This document shows positions 1 through 10,283 of a stretch of 64,000 nt of DNA, piece by piece. The position numbers and the translations under genes were made by a program. The notes below the pieces were generated by a model, which ran no database searches, was not told the origin of the DNA, and saw only the letters and a list, made by a program, of their open reading frames with translations. The stretch comes from Candidatus Latescibacterota bacterium. Lineage in GTDB: Bacteria; Latescibacterota; CBDEFO01. How positions within the stretch are numbered: position 1 is the stretch's first letter; every line of letters begins with the position of its first letter. The stretch is taken from contig CBDEFO010000008.1 in assembly GCA_965237525.1 (NCBI GenBank), positions 64,001-128,000 of the forward strand, written 5' to 3'.

Positions 1-2
1 CG

Positions 3-1352
3 ATTGAAGTAGATCCAAACAACGTCCGCGCTCACGACGGCCTCGGTTTTGTCTATTTCACACAAGCCAGACATGCCCAGGCAGTGGAGGAGTTGAAAAA
101 GGCGATACAGATCGATCCGAACTATGTCCCTTCGCTATACAAGTTAGGTAAACTATCCTTTATACGCAAGGAATACGACAAAGCGAAAGACGCTTACGAA
201 AGGGTTCTTAAGATAGATCCCAACTACTTTCCCGCGTATCATGGCCTGGGTGTTATCTACTCTCTAAATAGGGAGAAAGATAATGCTGAAAAGAGCTTGA
301 AAATGGCCCTCAGGCTCAGTCCTAATTACGGACCTTCTCACTACAGACTCGGGATGATCTACCTGGAAAAACAGGAATACTCCGAGGCTATAGCAGAATT
401 ACGGGTGGCCTTAAAGTTACTCCCCGACGAGCCGTCTATCTATTACGTTCTCGGGAACGCTTATATAGCAATGGGAAAACTCCCAGCAGCTGTAGAGACC
501 TTCAAAAGGTCTTTAGAGCTGGATCCGAACCGTGCAGATGTGCACGATAAACTGGGATTGATTTATGCCCAACAGTCCCTTGCCGCTTTGGGGGCTGTAT
601 ATTCGAACCAAGAGGAACTTGCAGCAGCCGTCGAGGAACACCGAAGGGCCGTGGAACTTGCTCCTGATAACGGATGGTTTCAGCACAATCTCGGCATGGC
701 CTATGCGCGACAGCGAAAGTACGACACAGCGGCAGAGCAGTTCAGGAAAACGATCCAGATAGACCCGAATATAGCTCAGACGCACTATGAGCTCGGGCAG
801 ATATACTCAAGAGACAAAAAATACAGCCAAGCCGCAGAAGAATACGAACAGGCCATCCGTCTTGAGCCCGACAATGCAGAGTTTCATTACAGTTTAGGCG
901 CAGTCTGCGCTGAGTTAGGAAGAGGTGAAGAGGTGATCGAAAAATACAGGAAAGCCATCGAACTCGACCCTCATCATGCAGAAGCCCATTTCAGACTGGC
1001 TAACGCCTATATGAAAGGGGCCAGATTTGATGAGGGCGAGGAGGAGATGGAGATTTTCAGAGAACTGCGCGGAGATGATATACTCGATTTACAGGGGAGG
1101 GTAAAGATGGGTCCTGACGTTCCGCAATTTCACTACGACTTAGCGGTTGTCTATGCCAAACGGGGCAGACACGTAGAGGCTATCAGTGAGTATAAGCTCG
1201 CTATCGGTCTGGATCCCCATAATCCAGAGTATCACTATCGTCTCAGAGATTCCTATACAAAATTAGGCAGATATCAAGACGCCGAGAGGGAATTAGAGAT
1301 CTTCCGCAGACTGAAAAGACAAAAGCAAGAAACGATGGATCAACAGGACTGA
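3..1352 (+). CDS. Tetratricopeptide-repeat protein, 5' partial
   Basis: Frame is open from position 3 (IEVDPNNVRAHDGLG...). Many TPR units of the form A.hY.LG..Y...g.y.eA...y..Al.ldP. Confidence 0.95.
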   Translation: MEVDPNNVRAHDGLGFVYFTQARHAQAVEELKKAIQIDPNYVPSLYKLGKLSFIRKEYDKAKDAYERVLKIDPNYFPAYHGLGVIYSLNREKDNAEKSLKMALRLSPNYGPSHYRLGMIYLEKQEYSEAIAELRVALKLLPDEPSIYYVLGNAYIAMGKLPAAVETFKRSLELDPNRADVHDKLGLIYAQQSLAALGAVYSNQEELAAAVEEHRRAVELAPDNGWFQHNLGMAYARQRKYDTAAEQFRKTIQIDPNIAQTHYELGQIYSRDKKYSQAAEEYEQAIRLEPDNAEFHYSLGAVCAELGRGEEVIEKYRKAIELDPHHAEAHFRLANAYMKGARFDEGEEEMEIFRELRGDDILDLQGRVKMGPDVPQFHYDLAVVYAKRGRHVEAISEYKLAIGLDPHNPEYHYRLRDSYTKLGRYQDAERELEIFRRLKRQKQETMDQQD

Positions 1353-1397
1353 GGTTTAGCATCCTCTCTGAATCTTTTCCGTAGGTTTAAAGATTCT

Positions 1398-3209
1398 ATG
1401 GTGGTACGTACTCTCTTTTACATTTTTCTCCTTGTGGTATCGTTTGTGGGATGTCAGGAGGGGCAACAATCCTCAAAGAATAGTGCCAGAGATTTTGCAG
1501 AGGGCGATCGAGTTGATGTGTCACAGGACAGAAGCATATCGTCTCAAAAGACGGACAACGCCAAAGCCTTTCCGGAGGACGGTCGAGTTAAGTTCGTGGA
1601 TGTAGCACCGGATTTGGGCGTCGTTTTGAGGAACGTCTCCGGAGACAGCGAGCAGTCATACATCGTGGATGCTATCATGGGAGGATCGGTGTTTTTTGAT
1701 TATGACAACGATGGGGATTTAGATCTGTATGTTTTGAACGGATCGAAAGTTGTGGGGTTTCCAGACGGAGATCATCCCCGAAATGCTCTTTACAGGAACG
1801 ATGGCAGCAAGTTCTACGATGTGACGGAAGAATCGGGATTGGGAGATGAGGGTTGGGGGATGGGCTGCGCAGCGGGGGACTACGATAACGATGGGGATCT
1901 GGACGTCTATGTGACTAATTATGGGGGAAACGTGTTGTATTGCAACCAGGGAGACGGAACCTTTCAAGATGTGACAGGATACGCCCGGGTGGGGAATGAA
2001 GGTTTCAGCACAGGATGCGCGTTTTTCGATTACGACCTCGATGGAGACCTGGACCTGTACGTCGCAAACTACGTCGATTTTAAACACTTCATGGAGACCA
2101 CTCCCGATAAGAGGTACACTTGGAAAGGCTTAACGGTCCACTTCGGGCCTCGTGGGATAAGAGGAGGTGCGGATATGTTGTATCGCAACCAGGGAGACGG
2201 AACTTTTTCGGATGTGACAGAGGAGGCGCAGGTTGTGGGTGAAAAGATGCTCTACGGTCTCGGCGTGATCTGCGGAGATTATGACAACGACGGAGACCAA
2301 GACATCTATGTGGCAAACGATACCGGTCCTAACTATTTCTGGAAAAACAACGGTGACGGGACGTTTGTCGACGTAGCCTGGATGATTGGTGCGGCCTACA
2401 GCGGAAGCGGTGAGGCACAAAATGGTATGGGTATTGCCTTTGGAGATTACGACAACGACGGCTATCAGGACTTATTGGTCACCAACTTTTGGGGAGATAC
2501 CAATACTCTCTACCATAACGATAAAGGAGCATTCTTTTCAGATGTCAGCTTCGATGCCAGAATAGGGTTGGAGAGCTTCAATTTCCTGGCTTGGGGCACA
2601 GCATTCTTTGACTACGACAACGACGGGGACAAAGACCTTTTCGTCGCCAACGGGCATCTCTTCCCGCAGTTAGATAAAGCAGATTGGGGAGTTAGCTATG
2701 CCCAGACGAATCAACTCTTTGAGAATCTGGGAGATGGCACATTCGACGAAGTGTCCGAGCTTTCAGGTGATGGATTGCTGATCAAAAAGGTAAGCAGGGG
2801 AGCTTCCTTCGGAGATTACGACAACGATGGGGATATAGACATATTCGTCCTGAATCTGAACGATACTCCTACTTTTCTGCGCAACGAAGGCGGCAACCGA
2901 AACAACTGGTTAATGGTCAAGACTGTGGGGGTTGAAAGTAACAGGGACGGTATAGGAGCAAAGATAAAGGTTAACTGTGGGGGACTCACCCAGGTAAATG
3001 AGGTCAGAAGCGGCTCTAGCTATCTATCGCAGAACGATCTTAGGGTTCACTTCGGCCTGGGGAAGAGCGACACTGTAGATCTGTTGGAAGTAATCTGGCC
3101 AAGCGGCCTCGTCGAAAGGTTTGAAAATCTCTCTCCCAACCGAGTTGTAATAGTCCAGGAGGGCAGTGGAATAATGAAGGGAACCTCGTTATCCGGCATA
3201 TCGCCTTGA
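1398..3209 (+). CDS. CRTAC1-family FG-GAP repeat lipoprotein with C-terminal ASPIC/UnbV domain
   Basis: Lipobox-like FVGC, repeated DYDNDGDLDLYV motifs, C-terminal SYLSQNDLRVHFGLG...VIWPSG. Confidence 0.9.
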   Translation: MVVRTLFYIFLLVVSFVGCQEGQQSSKNSARDFAEGDRVDVSQDRSISSQKTDNAKAFPEDGRVKFVDVAPDLGVVLRNVSGDSEQSYIVDAIMGGSVFFDYDNDGDLDLYVLNGSKVVGFPDGDHPRNALYRNDGSKFYDVTEESGLGDEGWGMGCAAGDYDNDGDLDVYVTNYGGNVLYCNQGDGTFQDVTGYARVGNEGFSTGCAFFDYDLDGDLDLYVANYVDFKHFMETTPDKRYTWKGLTVHFGPRGIRGGADMLYRNQGDGTFSDVTEEAQVVGEKMLYGLGVICGDYDNDGDQDIYVANDTGPNYFWKNNGDGTFVDVAWMIGAAYSGSGEAQNGMGIAFGDYDNDGYQDLLVTNFWGDTNTLYHNDKGAFFSDVSFDARIGLESFNFLAWGTAFFDYDNDGDKDLFVANGHLFPQLDKADWGVSYAQTNQLFENLGDGTFDEVSELSGDGLLIKKVSRGASFGDYDNDGDIDIFVLNLNDTPTFLRNEGGNRNNWLMVKTVGVESNRDGIGAKIKVNCGGLTQVNEVRSGSSYLSQNDLRVHFGLGKSDTVDLLEVIWPSGLVERFENLSPNRVVIVQEGSGIMKGTSLSGISP

Positions 3210-3398
3210 ACTGCAAAGCCGCGGCAATTAAGGATAAGGACATAATGGGTTGCTCTCTTGAACACCTACCACTTTTATCGAAAAAATGTATTGATATTCG
3301 GAGGCAAGATATCGCTATATTCGGAAATCAGAATTGCCATGATTTCATAAATAGATTATATACCACATCAGAAGAGTGTAAGGACCTTTTTTTAATTT

Positions 3399-5387
3399 AT
3401 GGCGACAAGGACTGAGGATTTCAAAACTGATTATACCTTTGGCCAGGAGAGACCACCTCGACGTTTTACCGTCAGATCTTTTGTTGTGGGAGCAGCGCTC
3501 TCCCTTTTTATATCCATAGCCGCCCCATACAGCGATGCCCATATCATGGGCTCCTGGATGGCTGGAGCCTTCAGCAACGGCATCGCTCTCTTCCTGCTAT
3601 TTATCCTCGTAGCGATACTAAATCCCCTTTTGAAATTGATCAGGAAGGGGATCGAGTTTGAAGCCACCGAATTAGTTACGATCTACATTATGATGATCGT
3701 AGCTTCGTCCATAGTGGCTGTGGGCCTCACAGAGCACCTCCTTCCTACCATTGTCGGTGTATACTACTTTGCTACCCCTGAGAACGACTGGGTCAATCTG
3801 ATTCATCCATATATCCCCGATTGGATATCCCCGAGCGATCCAGAATATATCAACTATTTCTACGAAGGTCTGCCCAGGGGAGAGGCGATGCCGTGGGGTA
3901 TATGGATCGGGCCCCTCTTGTACTGGTCTTCTTTTGCCATTGCCCTGTATTTTGTGATGATATGCATGATGGTGATCTTAAGGAGGCAGTGGGTGGAGAG
4001 GGAGAGGGTGATCTATCCGTTTGCCCAGACACCTATGGAGATGATAGGGGACGATAAGAGTGGTTATTTTGCGCCATTTTTCAAAAATCCCGTCATGTGG
4101 CTCGGATTTGCCATCCCCTTTATCATAGACAGCATAAATTCTCTCCATGGATTCTACCCATTCATCCCAAGGATAGACGTTTGGTCCTCTATGTCTATAT
4201 TTCGCAACACAATTCGCTTTTCTTTCGCAACCATCTTTCATGTCATCGGATTCGTTTATCTCATACCCCGCGACGTCGCCCTTGCGATTTGGTCCTTCTC
4301 CCTCTTTGCCAACGTGGAGCAGGGCATATTCAATATCATCGGTCTTCAAGAGACCAGAATGACGAGCATCTATATTTCTCACTGGACATCCAATTCACCG
4401 TATCTGCTCCATCAGGGCATGGGAGCTATGATAGCGTTTGTCATGTTAGGGCTGTGGACAGGTCGCGAGCATCTCAAAGGCGTCCTGAGGAAAGCATTCA
4501 AAAACGATCCCAATGTGGACGACTCGGACGAGATTCTATCTTACCGGAGCGCTTTCTTTGGCATGGTTGCAGGGCTCCTCTTTATGACCTTTTGGCTGTG
4601 GGCCAGCGGAATACCCTTGTGGATCGTCCCGGTATTCTTGTTTGGAGCTTTTGTCGTCTATACAGCGATGACCCGTGTAGTAGCAGAGGGAGGGATGCCT
4701 GATATGCGGCCACCGATGCTTGGTGCAGACTTCGTCATAACGGGGCTTGGGACCTCTGTTTTAGGGCCCAAAGGATTAGTTGCTCTGGGGCACACGTTAA
4801 CCTGGCACGGTGAGATGAGGACGTTTGTTATGGCTTCGTGCGCCAACGGGCTCAAGTTGATCAATGTGGTTGCAGGTAATAGAAGGCCACTCTTTTGGGC
4901 GATGATGTTATCCATCGTTCTGAGTCTGGCAGGATCGATGTGGATCGTGCTGTACCTTGCATACGAAGAAGGCGGTATCAACCTCTACTCCTGGTTTTTC
5001 GGCGGGGCTCCCAAAGTACCCTTCATTTACATAACTTTAAGGGTGAAGGAGGCCCTTACTCCCGATATCGGAGGATGGATAGCGACAGGCGTAGGGGCAT
5101 CTGTTATGGGCCTTTTGACCTTTATCCGCTACCGCTTTATATGGTGGCCTATCCATCCCATCGGCTACGTAATCACCCCCGTGTTCTTAATAAATCAGTT
5201 GTGGTTCAGCGTCTTTTTAGCGTGGTTCTTGAAGGTAGTCATACTCAAATACGGCGGCGCTGCAGTATTCAGGAAAACTCGACCTTTCTTTTTAGGTCTG
5301 ATCTTGGGGCAGATGGTCGTGACAGGGACATGGCTCATTATAGAATTCTTTACAGGGATGAGGGGCAATGGCATCAGGGTCTTATAG
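3399..5387 (+). CDS. Polytopic membrane protein, DUF6785/DUF6784-type putative transporter (paralogue 1)
   Basis: Many hydrophobic segments, motifs RRQWVERERVIYPF, WWPIHPIGY and PFFLGLILG. Confidence 0.8.
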   Translation: MATRTEDFKTDYTFGQERPPRRFTVRSFVVGAALSLFISIAAPYSDAHIMGSWMAGAFSNGIALFLLFILVAILNPLLKLIRKGIEFEATELVTIYIMMIVASSIVAVGLTEHLLPTIVGVYYFATPENDWVNLIHPYIPDWISPSDPEYINYFYEGLPRGEAMPWGIWIGPLLYWSSFAIALYFVMICMMVILRRQWVERERVIYPFAQTPMEMIGDDKSGYFAPFFKNPVMWLGFAIPFIIDSINSLHGFYPFIPRIDVWSSMSIFRNTIRFSFATIFHVIGFVYLIPRDVALAIWSFSLFANVEQGIFNIIGLQETRMTSIYISHWTSNSPYLLHQGMGAMIAFVMLGLWTGREHLKGVLRKAFKNDPNVDDSDEILSYRSAFFGMVAGLLFMTFWLWASGIPLWIVPVFLFGAFVVYTAMTRVVAEGGMPDMRPPMLGADFVITGLGTSVLGPKGLVALGHTLTWHGEMRTFVMASCANGLKLINVVAGNRRPLFWAMMLSIVLSLAGSMWIVLYLAYEEGGINLYSWFFGGAPKVPFIYITLRVKEALTPDIGGWIATGVGASVMGLLTFIRYRFIWWPIHPIGYVITPVFLINQLWFSVFLAWFLKVVILKYGGAAVFRKTRPFFLGLILGQMVVTGTWLIIEFFTGMRGNGIRVL

Positions 5388-5454
5388 GGAACTGGCGCAT
5401 TTATAATAGCTTATATACCACATTAGAAGGGTGTAAGGACCCTTTTTTTAATTT

Positions 5455-7461
5455 ATGGAGACAAGGACTGAGGATTTAAAAACTGATTATACCTTTGGCC
5501 AGGAGAGACCGCCTCGACGTTTTACCGTCAGATCTTTTGTTGTGGGTACAGGACTCTCCTTTTTTATATCCATAGCCGCCCCATACAGCGATGCCATGAT
5601 TATGGGCTCCTGGATGGCTGGAGCCTTCAGCACCGGTGGGGCTCTCTTCCTTCTATTTATCCTTGTAGCAATACTAAATCCCCTTTTGAAATTGATCAAA
5701 AGGGGGATCGAGTTTGAAGCCACCGAATTGGTTACGATATACATTATGATGATCGTAGCTTCGTCTATAGTGGCTGTAGGCCTCACCGAACACCTACTTC
5801 CGGCAATCGTGGGTGTATACTACTTTGCTACACCTGAGAACGACTGGGTCAATCTGATTCATCCATATATCCCCGATTGGATATCCCCTCGAGATCCAGA
5901 GTATATCAACTATTTCTACGAAGGTCTGCCCAGGGGAGAGGCGATACCGTGGGGGATATGGATCGGGCCCCTTTTGTACTGGTCTTCGTTTGCGATTGCT
6001 CTGTATTTTGTGATGATATGCATGATGGTGATTTTAAGAAGGCAGTGGGTGGAGAGGGAGAGGGTGATCTATCCGTTTGCTCAGACACCTATGGAGATGA
6101 TAGGGGACGACAACAGTAGTTATCTTGCGCCATTTTTCAAAAATCCAGTTATGTGGCTGGGATTTGCCATCCCTTTTGTCATAGACAGCGTAAGGGCCCT
6201 CCATGGATACTACCCATTCATTCCAGACATACGCATTGGAGTCGGGCACGCCGCCGCGCCCAGTATGTTCATGTTTGGCGGGACAATTCACATTCTTTTC
6301 ATGTTCCGCTTTCATGTTATTGGATTCGTTTATCTCATACCCCGCGACGTCGCCCTTGCGATTTGGTCCTTCTCCCTGTTAGCCATTCTGGAGCAGGGCA
6401 TATTCAATATGCTCGGTCTTCCACAGACCACAATGACGAGTATCTACATTTCTCACTGGACATTAAATTCACCGTTTCTGCTCTTTCAGGGCATGGGAGC
6501 TATGATAGCCTTCGTCCTGTTAGGGCTGTGGACAGGTCGGGAGCATCTCAAAGGAGTCCTGAGGAAAGCCTTCAAGAACGATCCGGATGTTGACGACTCG
6601 GACGAAATTCTATCTTACCGGAGCGCTTTCTTTGGGATGGTTGCAGGGCTCCTTTTTGTGACCTTTTGGCTGTGGGCCAGCGGAATACCCCTCTGGATCG
6701 TTCCGGTATTCTTGTTTGGAGCTTTTGTCGTCTATACAGCGATGACCCGTGTAGCAGTAGAGGGAGGGATGCCTGATATGCGGCCACCGATGCTGGGTTC
6801 GGACTTCGTCATAACGGGGCTTGGGACCTCTGTTTTAGGGCCCAAAGGATTAGTTGCTCTGGGGCACACCTTGACCTGGCACGGTGAGATGAGGACGTTT
6901 GTTATGGCTTCGTGCGCCAACGGGCTCAAGTTGATCAATGTGGTTGCAGGTAATAGAAGGCCGCTTTTCTGGGCGATGATGTTATCCATCGTTGTGAGTT
7001 TGGCAGGATCGATGTGGATTGTGCTGGACCTTGCATACGGAGAAGGCGGTATCAACCTCTACCGCTGGTTTTTTAACGGGGCTCCCAAAGTACACTTCAT
7101 TTACATAACTTTAAGGGTGAAGGACGCCCTTACTCCCGATATCGGAGGATGGATAGCCACCGGCATAGGGGCATCTGTTATGGCACTTTTGACCTTTATC
7201 CGCTACCGCTTTATATGGTGGCCTATCCATCCTATCGGCTACGTAATCACCCCCGTGTTCTTAATAAATCAGCTGTGGATTAGCGTCTTTACAGCGTGGT
7301 TTTTGAAGGTAGTCATACTCAAATACGGCGGCGCTGCAGTATTCAGAAAAACTCGACCTTTCTTTTTAGGTCTGATCTTAGGGACGATGGTCGTGGCAGG
7401 GACGTGGCTAATTGTAGATTTCTTCACTGGAATGAGGGGCAATGGACTTTATGTCTTATGA
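5455..7461 (+). CDS. Polytopic membrane protein, DUF6785/DUF6784-type putative transporter (paralogue 2)
   Basis: Tandem paralogue, nearly identical to 3399..5387 outside a central variable segment. Confidence 0.8.
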   Translation: METRTEDLKTDYTFGQERPPRRFTVRSFVVGTGLSFFISIAAPYSDAMIMGSWMAGAFSTGGALFLLFILVAILNPLLKLIKRGIEFEATELVTIYIMMIVASSIVAVGLTEHLLPAIVGVYYFATPENDWVNLIHPYIPDWISPRDPEYINYFYEGLPRGEAIPWGIWIGPLLYWSSFAIALYFVMICMMVILRRQWVERERVIYPFAQTPMEMIGDDNSSYLAPFFKNPVMWLGFAIPFVIDSVRALHGYYPFIPDIRIGVGHAAAPSMFMFGGTIHILFMFRFHVIGFVYLIPRDVALAIWSFSLLAILEQGIFNMLGLPQTTMTSIYISHWTLNSPFLLFQGMGAMIAFVLLGLWTGREHLKGVLRKAFKNDPDVDDSDEILSYRSAFFGMVAGLLFVTFWLWASGIPLWIVPVFLFGAFVVYTAMTRVAVEGGMPDMRPPMLGSDFVITGLGTSVLGPKGLVALGHTLTWHGEMRTFVMASCANGLKLINVVAGNRRPLFWAMMLSIVVSLAGSMWIVLDLAYGEGGINLYRWFFNGAPKVHFIYITLRVKDALTPDIGGWIATGIGASVMALLTFIRYRFIWWPIHPIGYVITPVFLINQLWISVFTAWFLKVVILKYGGAAVFRKTRPFFLGLILGTMVVAGTWLIVDFFTGMRGNGLYVL

Positions 7462-7469
7462 AGGGCCAT

Positions 7470-7992
7470 TCAGTTCTTGCAATGTTGCTTCAGGTAGTTG
7501 GAAACATGACAGAGTTGTTTGACATCGATCTGGATATGTTCAAAGGGGCGTAGTTTCTCTTTCCACTGGCAGGCAAGTCTCTTTCGCTTCCATCTTCGCC
7601 TGCGTTTGTTTATGAGTCGGAGCTTTACGATGAGCTTTCTGATCTCCTCCGGTAACAGACAGTGAGGGTTTATGGGTGCTTTCGTGTGATTTTCAAGACT
7701 CTTTACAGTCGGCCTTCACGATAACGCTTGAGCCATTTTCTTACGCTCTTGCGTGTTGTATTAAAAGCCCTTGCAGCATACGAGACACCGTATTGTTGTG
7801 CAGTCTGAACCATCTTGATACGCAGATCAACAGGATTAGGATTATGTGCAAGAACGTCGCTATAAGTGATTGTATTCTCCCTGGTATCTACCCTCCTTTC
7901 TTCGCCCCTAACTTAAATATAGACAAAATTATCCCGTGTGGATGGATACCATGTTCCTTTACTCTTCTTGGACACTAAAATTACTGTTGACA
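7470..7992 (-). mobile_element. Degraded, internally deleted IS (IS481-like) transposase remnant
   Basis: Manual minus-strand translation gives an HTH (LRIKMVQTAQQYGVSYAARAFNTTRKSVRKWLKRYREG), a stop/frameshift, LENHTKAPINPH, then PFEHIQIDVKQL (start of a DDE core). Candidate end TGTCAACAGTAA starts at 7992. Confidence 0.65.
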
Positions 7993-8015
7993 AAATAGGA
8001 TTATTATCTTATAAA
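7987..8015 (+). promoter_or_regulatory. Sigma70-type promoter upstream of the corrinoid protein gene
   Basis: TTGACA-17 bp-TATAAA. Confidence 0.65.
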
Positions 8016-8094
8016 TAAACAGGATGATTCTTGCGATCTGAACACTCTGTACATATAGAAGAGAGACATTCTTATGTAATATGAAGGGGGGTAA

Positions 8095-8751
8095 ATGGCT
8101 GATTTCCAAGGTCTATCTGATAGCATAATTACAGGAGATGCTCCCAGGGCGAAGGAGTTGACAATAGAAGCGGTGGAGGAGGGAATAGACCCCAAGGTGA
8201 TTCTGGATGAAGGAATGATTCCGGGGATGGCTGTTGTAGGCGAAAGATTCAGAAAAAATGAGATATACGTGCCCGAAGTCCTGATCTCTGCGCGAGCCAT
8301 GAAGACGGCAATGCAGATCATAAGGCCACTGCTGACGGAGACGGGAGTCGAAGCTGTGGGCAGTGCTGTCTTGGGAACCGTGAAGGGAGATCTCCACGAC
8401 ATAGGCAAGAATCTTGTAGGAATGATGATGGAGGGCGCGGGTATAACGGTGGTGAATCTGGGTGTAGATGTTCAGATAGACCAGTGGATTGAATACGTCG
8501 AAGAGCACAAGCCAGATATATTGGGCATGTCCGCTCTTTTGACGACTACGATGCCCGGGATGGCAGATGTCATTGAGGCCCTCGAAGAGGAGGATTTGAG
8601 GGATGACATTATTGTAATGATCGGCGGGGCACCTGTGACTCAGAGCTTCGCAGATGAAATAGGAGCGGACGGCTACGCCCCCGATGCTGCTTCGGCTGTG
8701 GACAAGGCCAAGGAACTCTTGGGAGTAACGGCAAAGCAAGAAAGTTCATAG
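8095..8751 (+). CDS. Corrinoid (B12-binding) protein, MtbC/MttC/MetH-cap-like
   Basis: GDLHDIGKNLV (DxHxxG), SALLTTT and IGGAP motifs, with an N-terminal cap domain. Confidence 0.95.
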   Translation: MADFQGLSDSIITGDAPRAKELTIEAVEEGIDPKVILDEGMIPGMAVVGERFRKNEIYVPEVLISARAMKTAMQIIRPLLTETGVEAVGSAVLGTVKGDLHDIGKNLVGMMMEGAGITVVNLGVDVQIDQWIEYVEEHKPDILGMSALLTTTMPGMADVIEALEEEDLRDDIIVMIGGAPVTQSFADEIGADGYAPDAASAVDKAKELLGVTAKQESS

Positions 8752-8770
8752 ATCCCTGCCAGGCTTGAAA

Positions 8771-9562
8771 TTAATCCCACTCAGACCCCATAACTTCCTG
8801 CGTCATCCTCATCATTCCCGCTGTGAGTCCGCCGTCTATGACGAATACAGCCCCAGTGGCAAAGGAGGATTCATCGGAGGCTAAAAAGAGGACTGCGTTA
8901 GCAATATCTTCAGGTTTTCCCACTCTCCCTAATGGATACCATTTAGCAAGTCTGTCAAGGACGTGGGGATCTTTGGCGACTCTTTCTTCCCATATTTCGG
9001 TGTGTATAGTTCCAGGGCAGATGGCGTTGACTCTTACTCCCTTCTGCCCATAGCGAACGGCCATAGTCCTCGTGAGGGATAAGACTCCGGCCTTTGCCGC
9101 ACTGTAAGAACTTGCTCCGAATCCCATAAGTGCATTGACAGAGGATATATTGACTATGGATCCTCCTCCTCCTTCCATCATGTAAGGGAGGACAGCCTTG
9201 GAGCAGGGGTATTGACTCTTTAAGACCACTTGTATATCAAGGTCCCACGTCTCCTCGTCAGTTTCGTGGACTTCCTCTCCCTTACAGATAGCGGCATTGT
9301 TTACAAGGCAATCTATCCTCCCGAACTCGTTGAGTGCAGATTGCGCCATAGTCTGGACCTGGTCGGATTTCGTCACGTCTGTGTGGAGGTAGATCGCTGG
9401 TCTTTTTTTGTCTTTGATGACCTGAACGGTCTTTTCTCCCCCACGGTCATTTATGTCTGCAACTACAATATTTGCCCCTTCTTCCGACAGAAGGTAAGCT
9501 GTAGCGCGTCCGATGCCTGAAGCCGCGCCTGTGATTACGGCGACTTTGTCTTTAACTCTCAT
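8771..9562 (-). CDS. Short-chain dehydrogenase/reductase
   Basis: TGAASGIG, NNAA, YSAAK, VNAICPG. Start at ATG 9562 or TTG 9592. Confidence 0.95.
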   Translation of the reverse strand: MRVKDKVAVITGAASGIGRATAYLLSEEGANIVVADINDRGGEKTVQVIKDKKRPAIYLHTDVTKSDQVQTMAQSALNEFGRIDCLVNNAAICKGEEVHETDEETWDLDIQVVLKSQYPCSKAVLPYMMEGGGGSIVNISSVNALMGFGASSYSAAKAGVLSLTRTMAVRYGQKGVRVNAICPGTIHTEIWEERVAKDPHVLDRLAKWYPLGRVGKPEDIANAVLFLASDESSFATGAVFVIDGGLTAGMMRMTQEVMGSEWD

Positions 9563-9588
9563 GGGAGACCTCTGTCTCGTAGGCTCTT

Positions 9589-10172
9589 TCAAGACTCAAA
9601 CTCAAGATTTATCTCGTTGGTCAAGATGAATTGGGACAGCTCGCTGCGCTTGAGTTCGAGGTAAAAATCGATGACACCACCGAAATTGCCTCTGACAATA
9701 CCTTTTCCCCTATATGAATAGGCATGCATAGGGGCATAGCCACCCGATGCGCTGTCTTCTTCAGCGGTCTAGTCCTTGCATTCAAAGTTAACAGGGCTAA
9801 CATCGTGGGTAGGTTCGAAAACATACCCTTGCATCGATCGGCCAGAGTCTTATCAAAGATCTCAAACGAGAAGTTGAATTCGGTGCTGGCGATCTTCTTT
9901 AAGGACTTGATTGAGATGCTGATAGGAGGGGTCGCTCTGGCTATGGCTCTTTTGAACTCTTCCACGACGCTGTCTTCCAGACACAGATGGACGAGATTCT
10001 CAAACTCGAACAGTTCCGATAACAAATCCCTCAGGGTGTGCCGCCTGATACCTACCTTTCGATGAAGAAAGTATCTTGGGAGCTCAGGGTAGGTGCAGAG
10101 AAATCCCACCAAGAATCCTTTCACCAGCGCGAAAGGACCCTCAATCACCAATTCTGAGAATGTCGTTTTCAC
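9589..10172 (-). pseudogene. Hypothetical protein gene, broken by a frameshift near 9805 and an in-frame TAG at 9769-9771
   Basis: After FSNLP a protein-like continuation lies in another frame: DVSPVNFECKD*TAEEDSASGGYAPMHAYSYRGKGIVRGNFGGVIDFY...INLEFES*, ending next to the SDR gene. Confidence 0.6.
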
Positions 10173-10283
10173 GCCAGCTTCTCCTTTGACTATCTGAGTT
10201 ATATTAAAAATATGAAAAGAGCGCTTGAATGTAAAGAGATTTCTTGAGTAAGGCGAAGGTCACTTTGTTTTAGCCTTCAGGAG

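Noticed and set aside
9769..9771. In-frame TAG near a corrinoid gene as pyrrolysine
   Set aside because: The gene is not a methylamine methyltransferase, it also has a frameshift, and no pyl genes are in the window.
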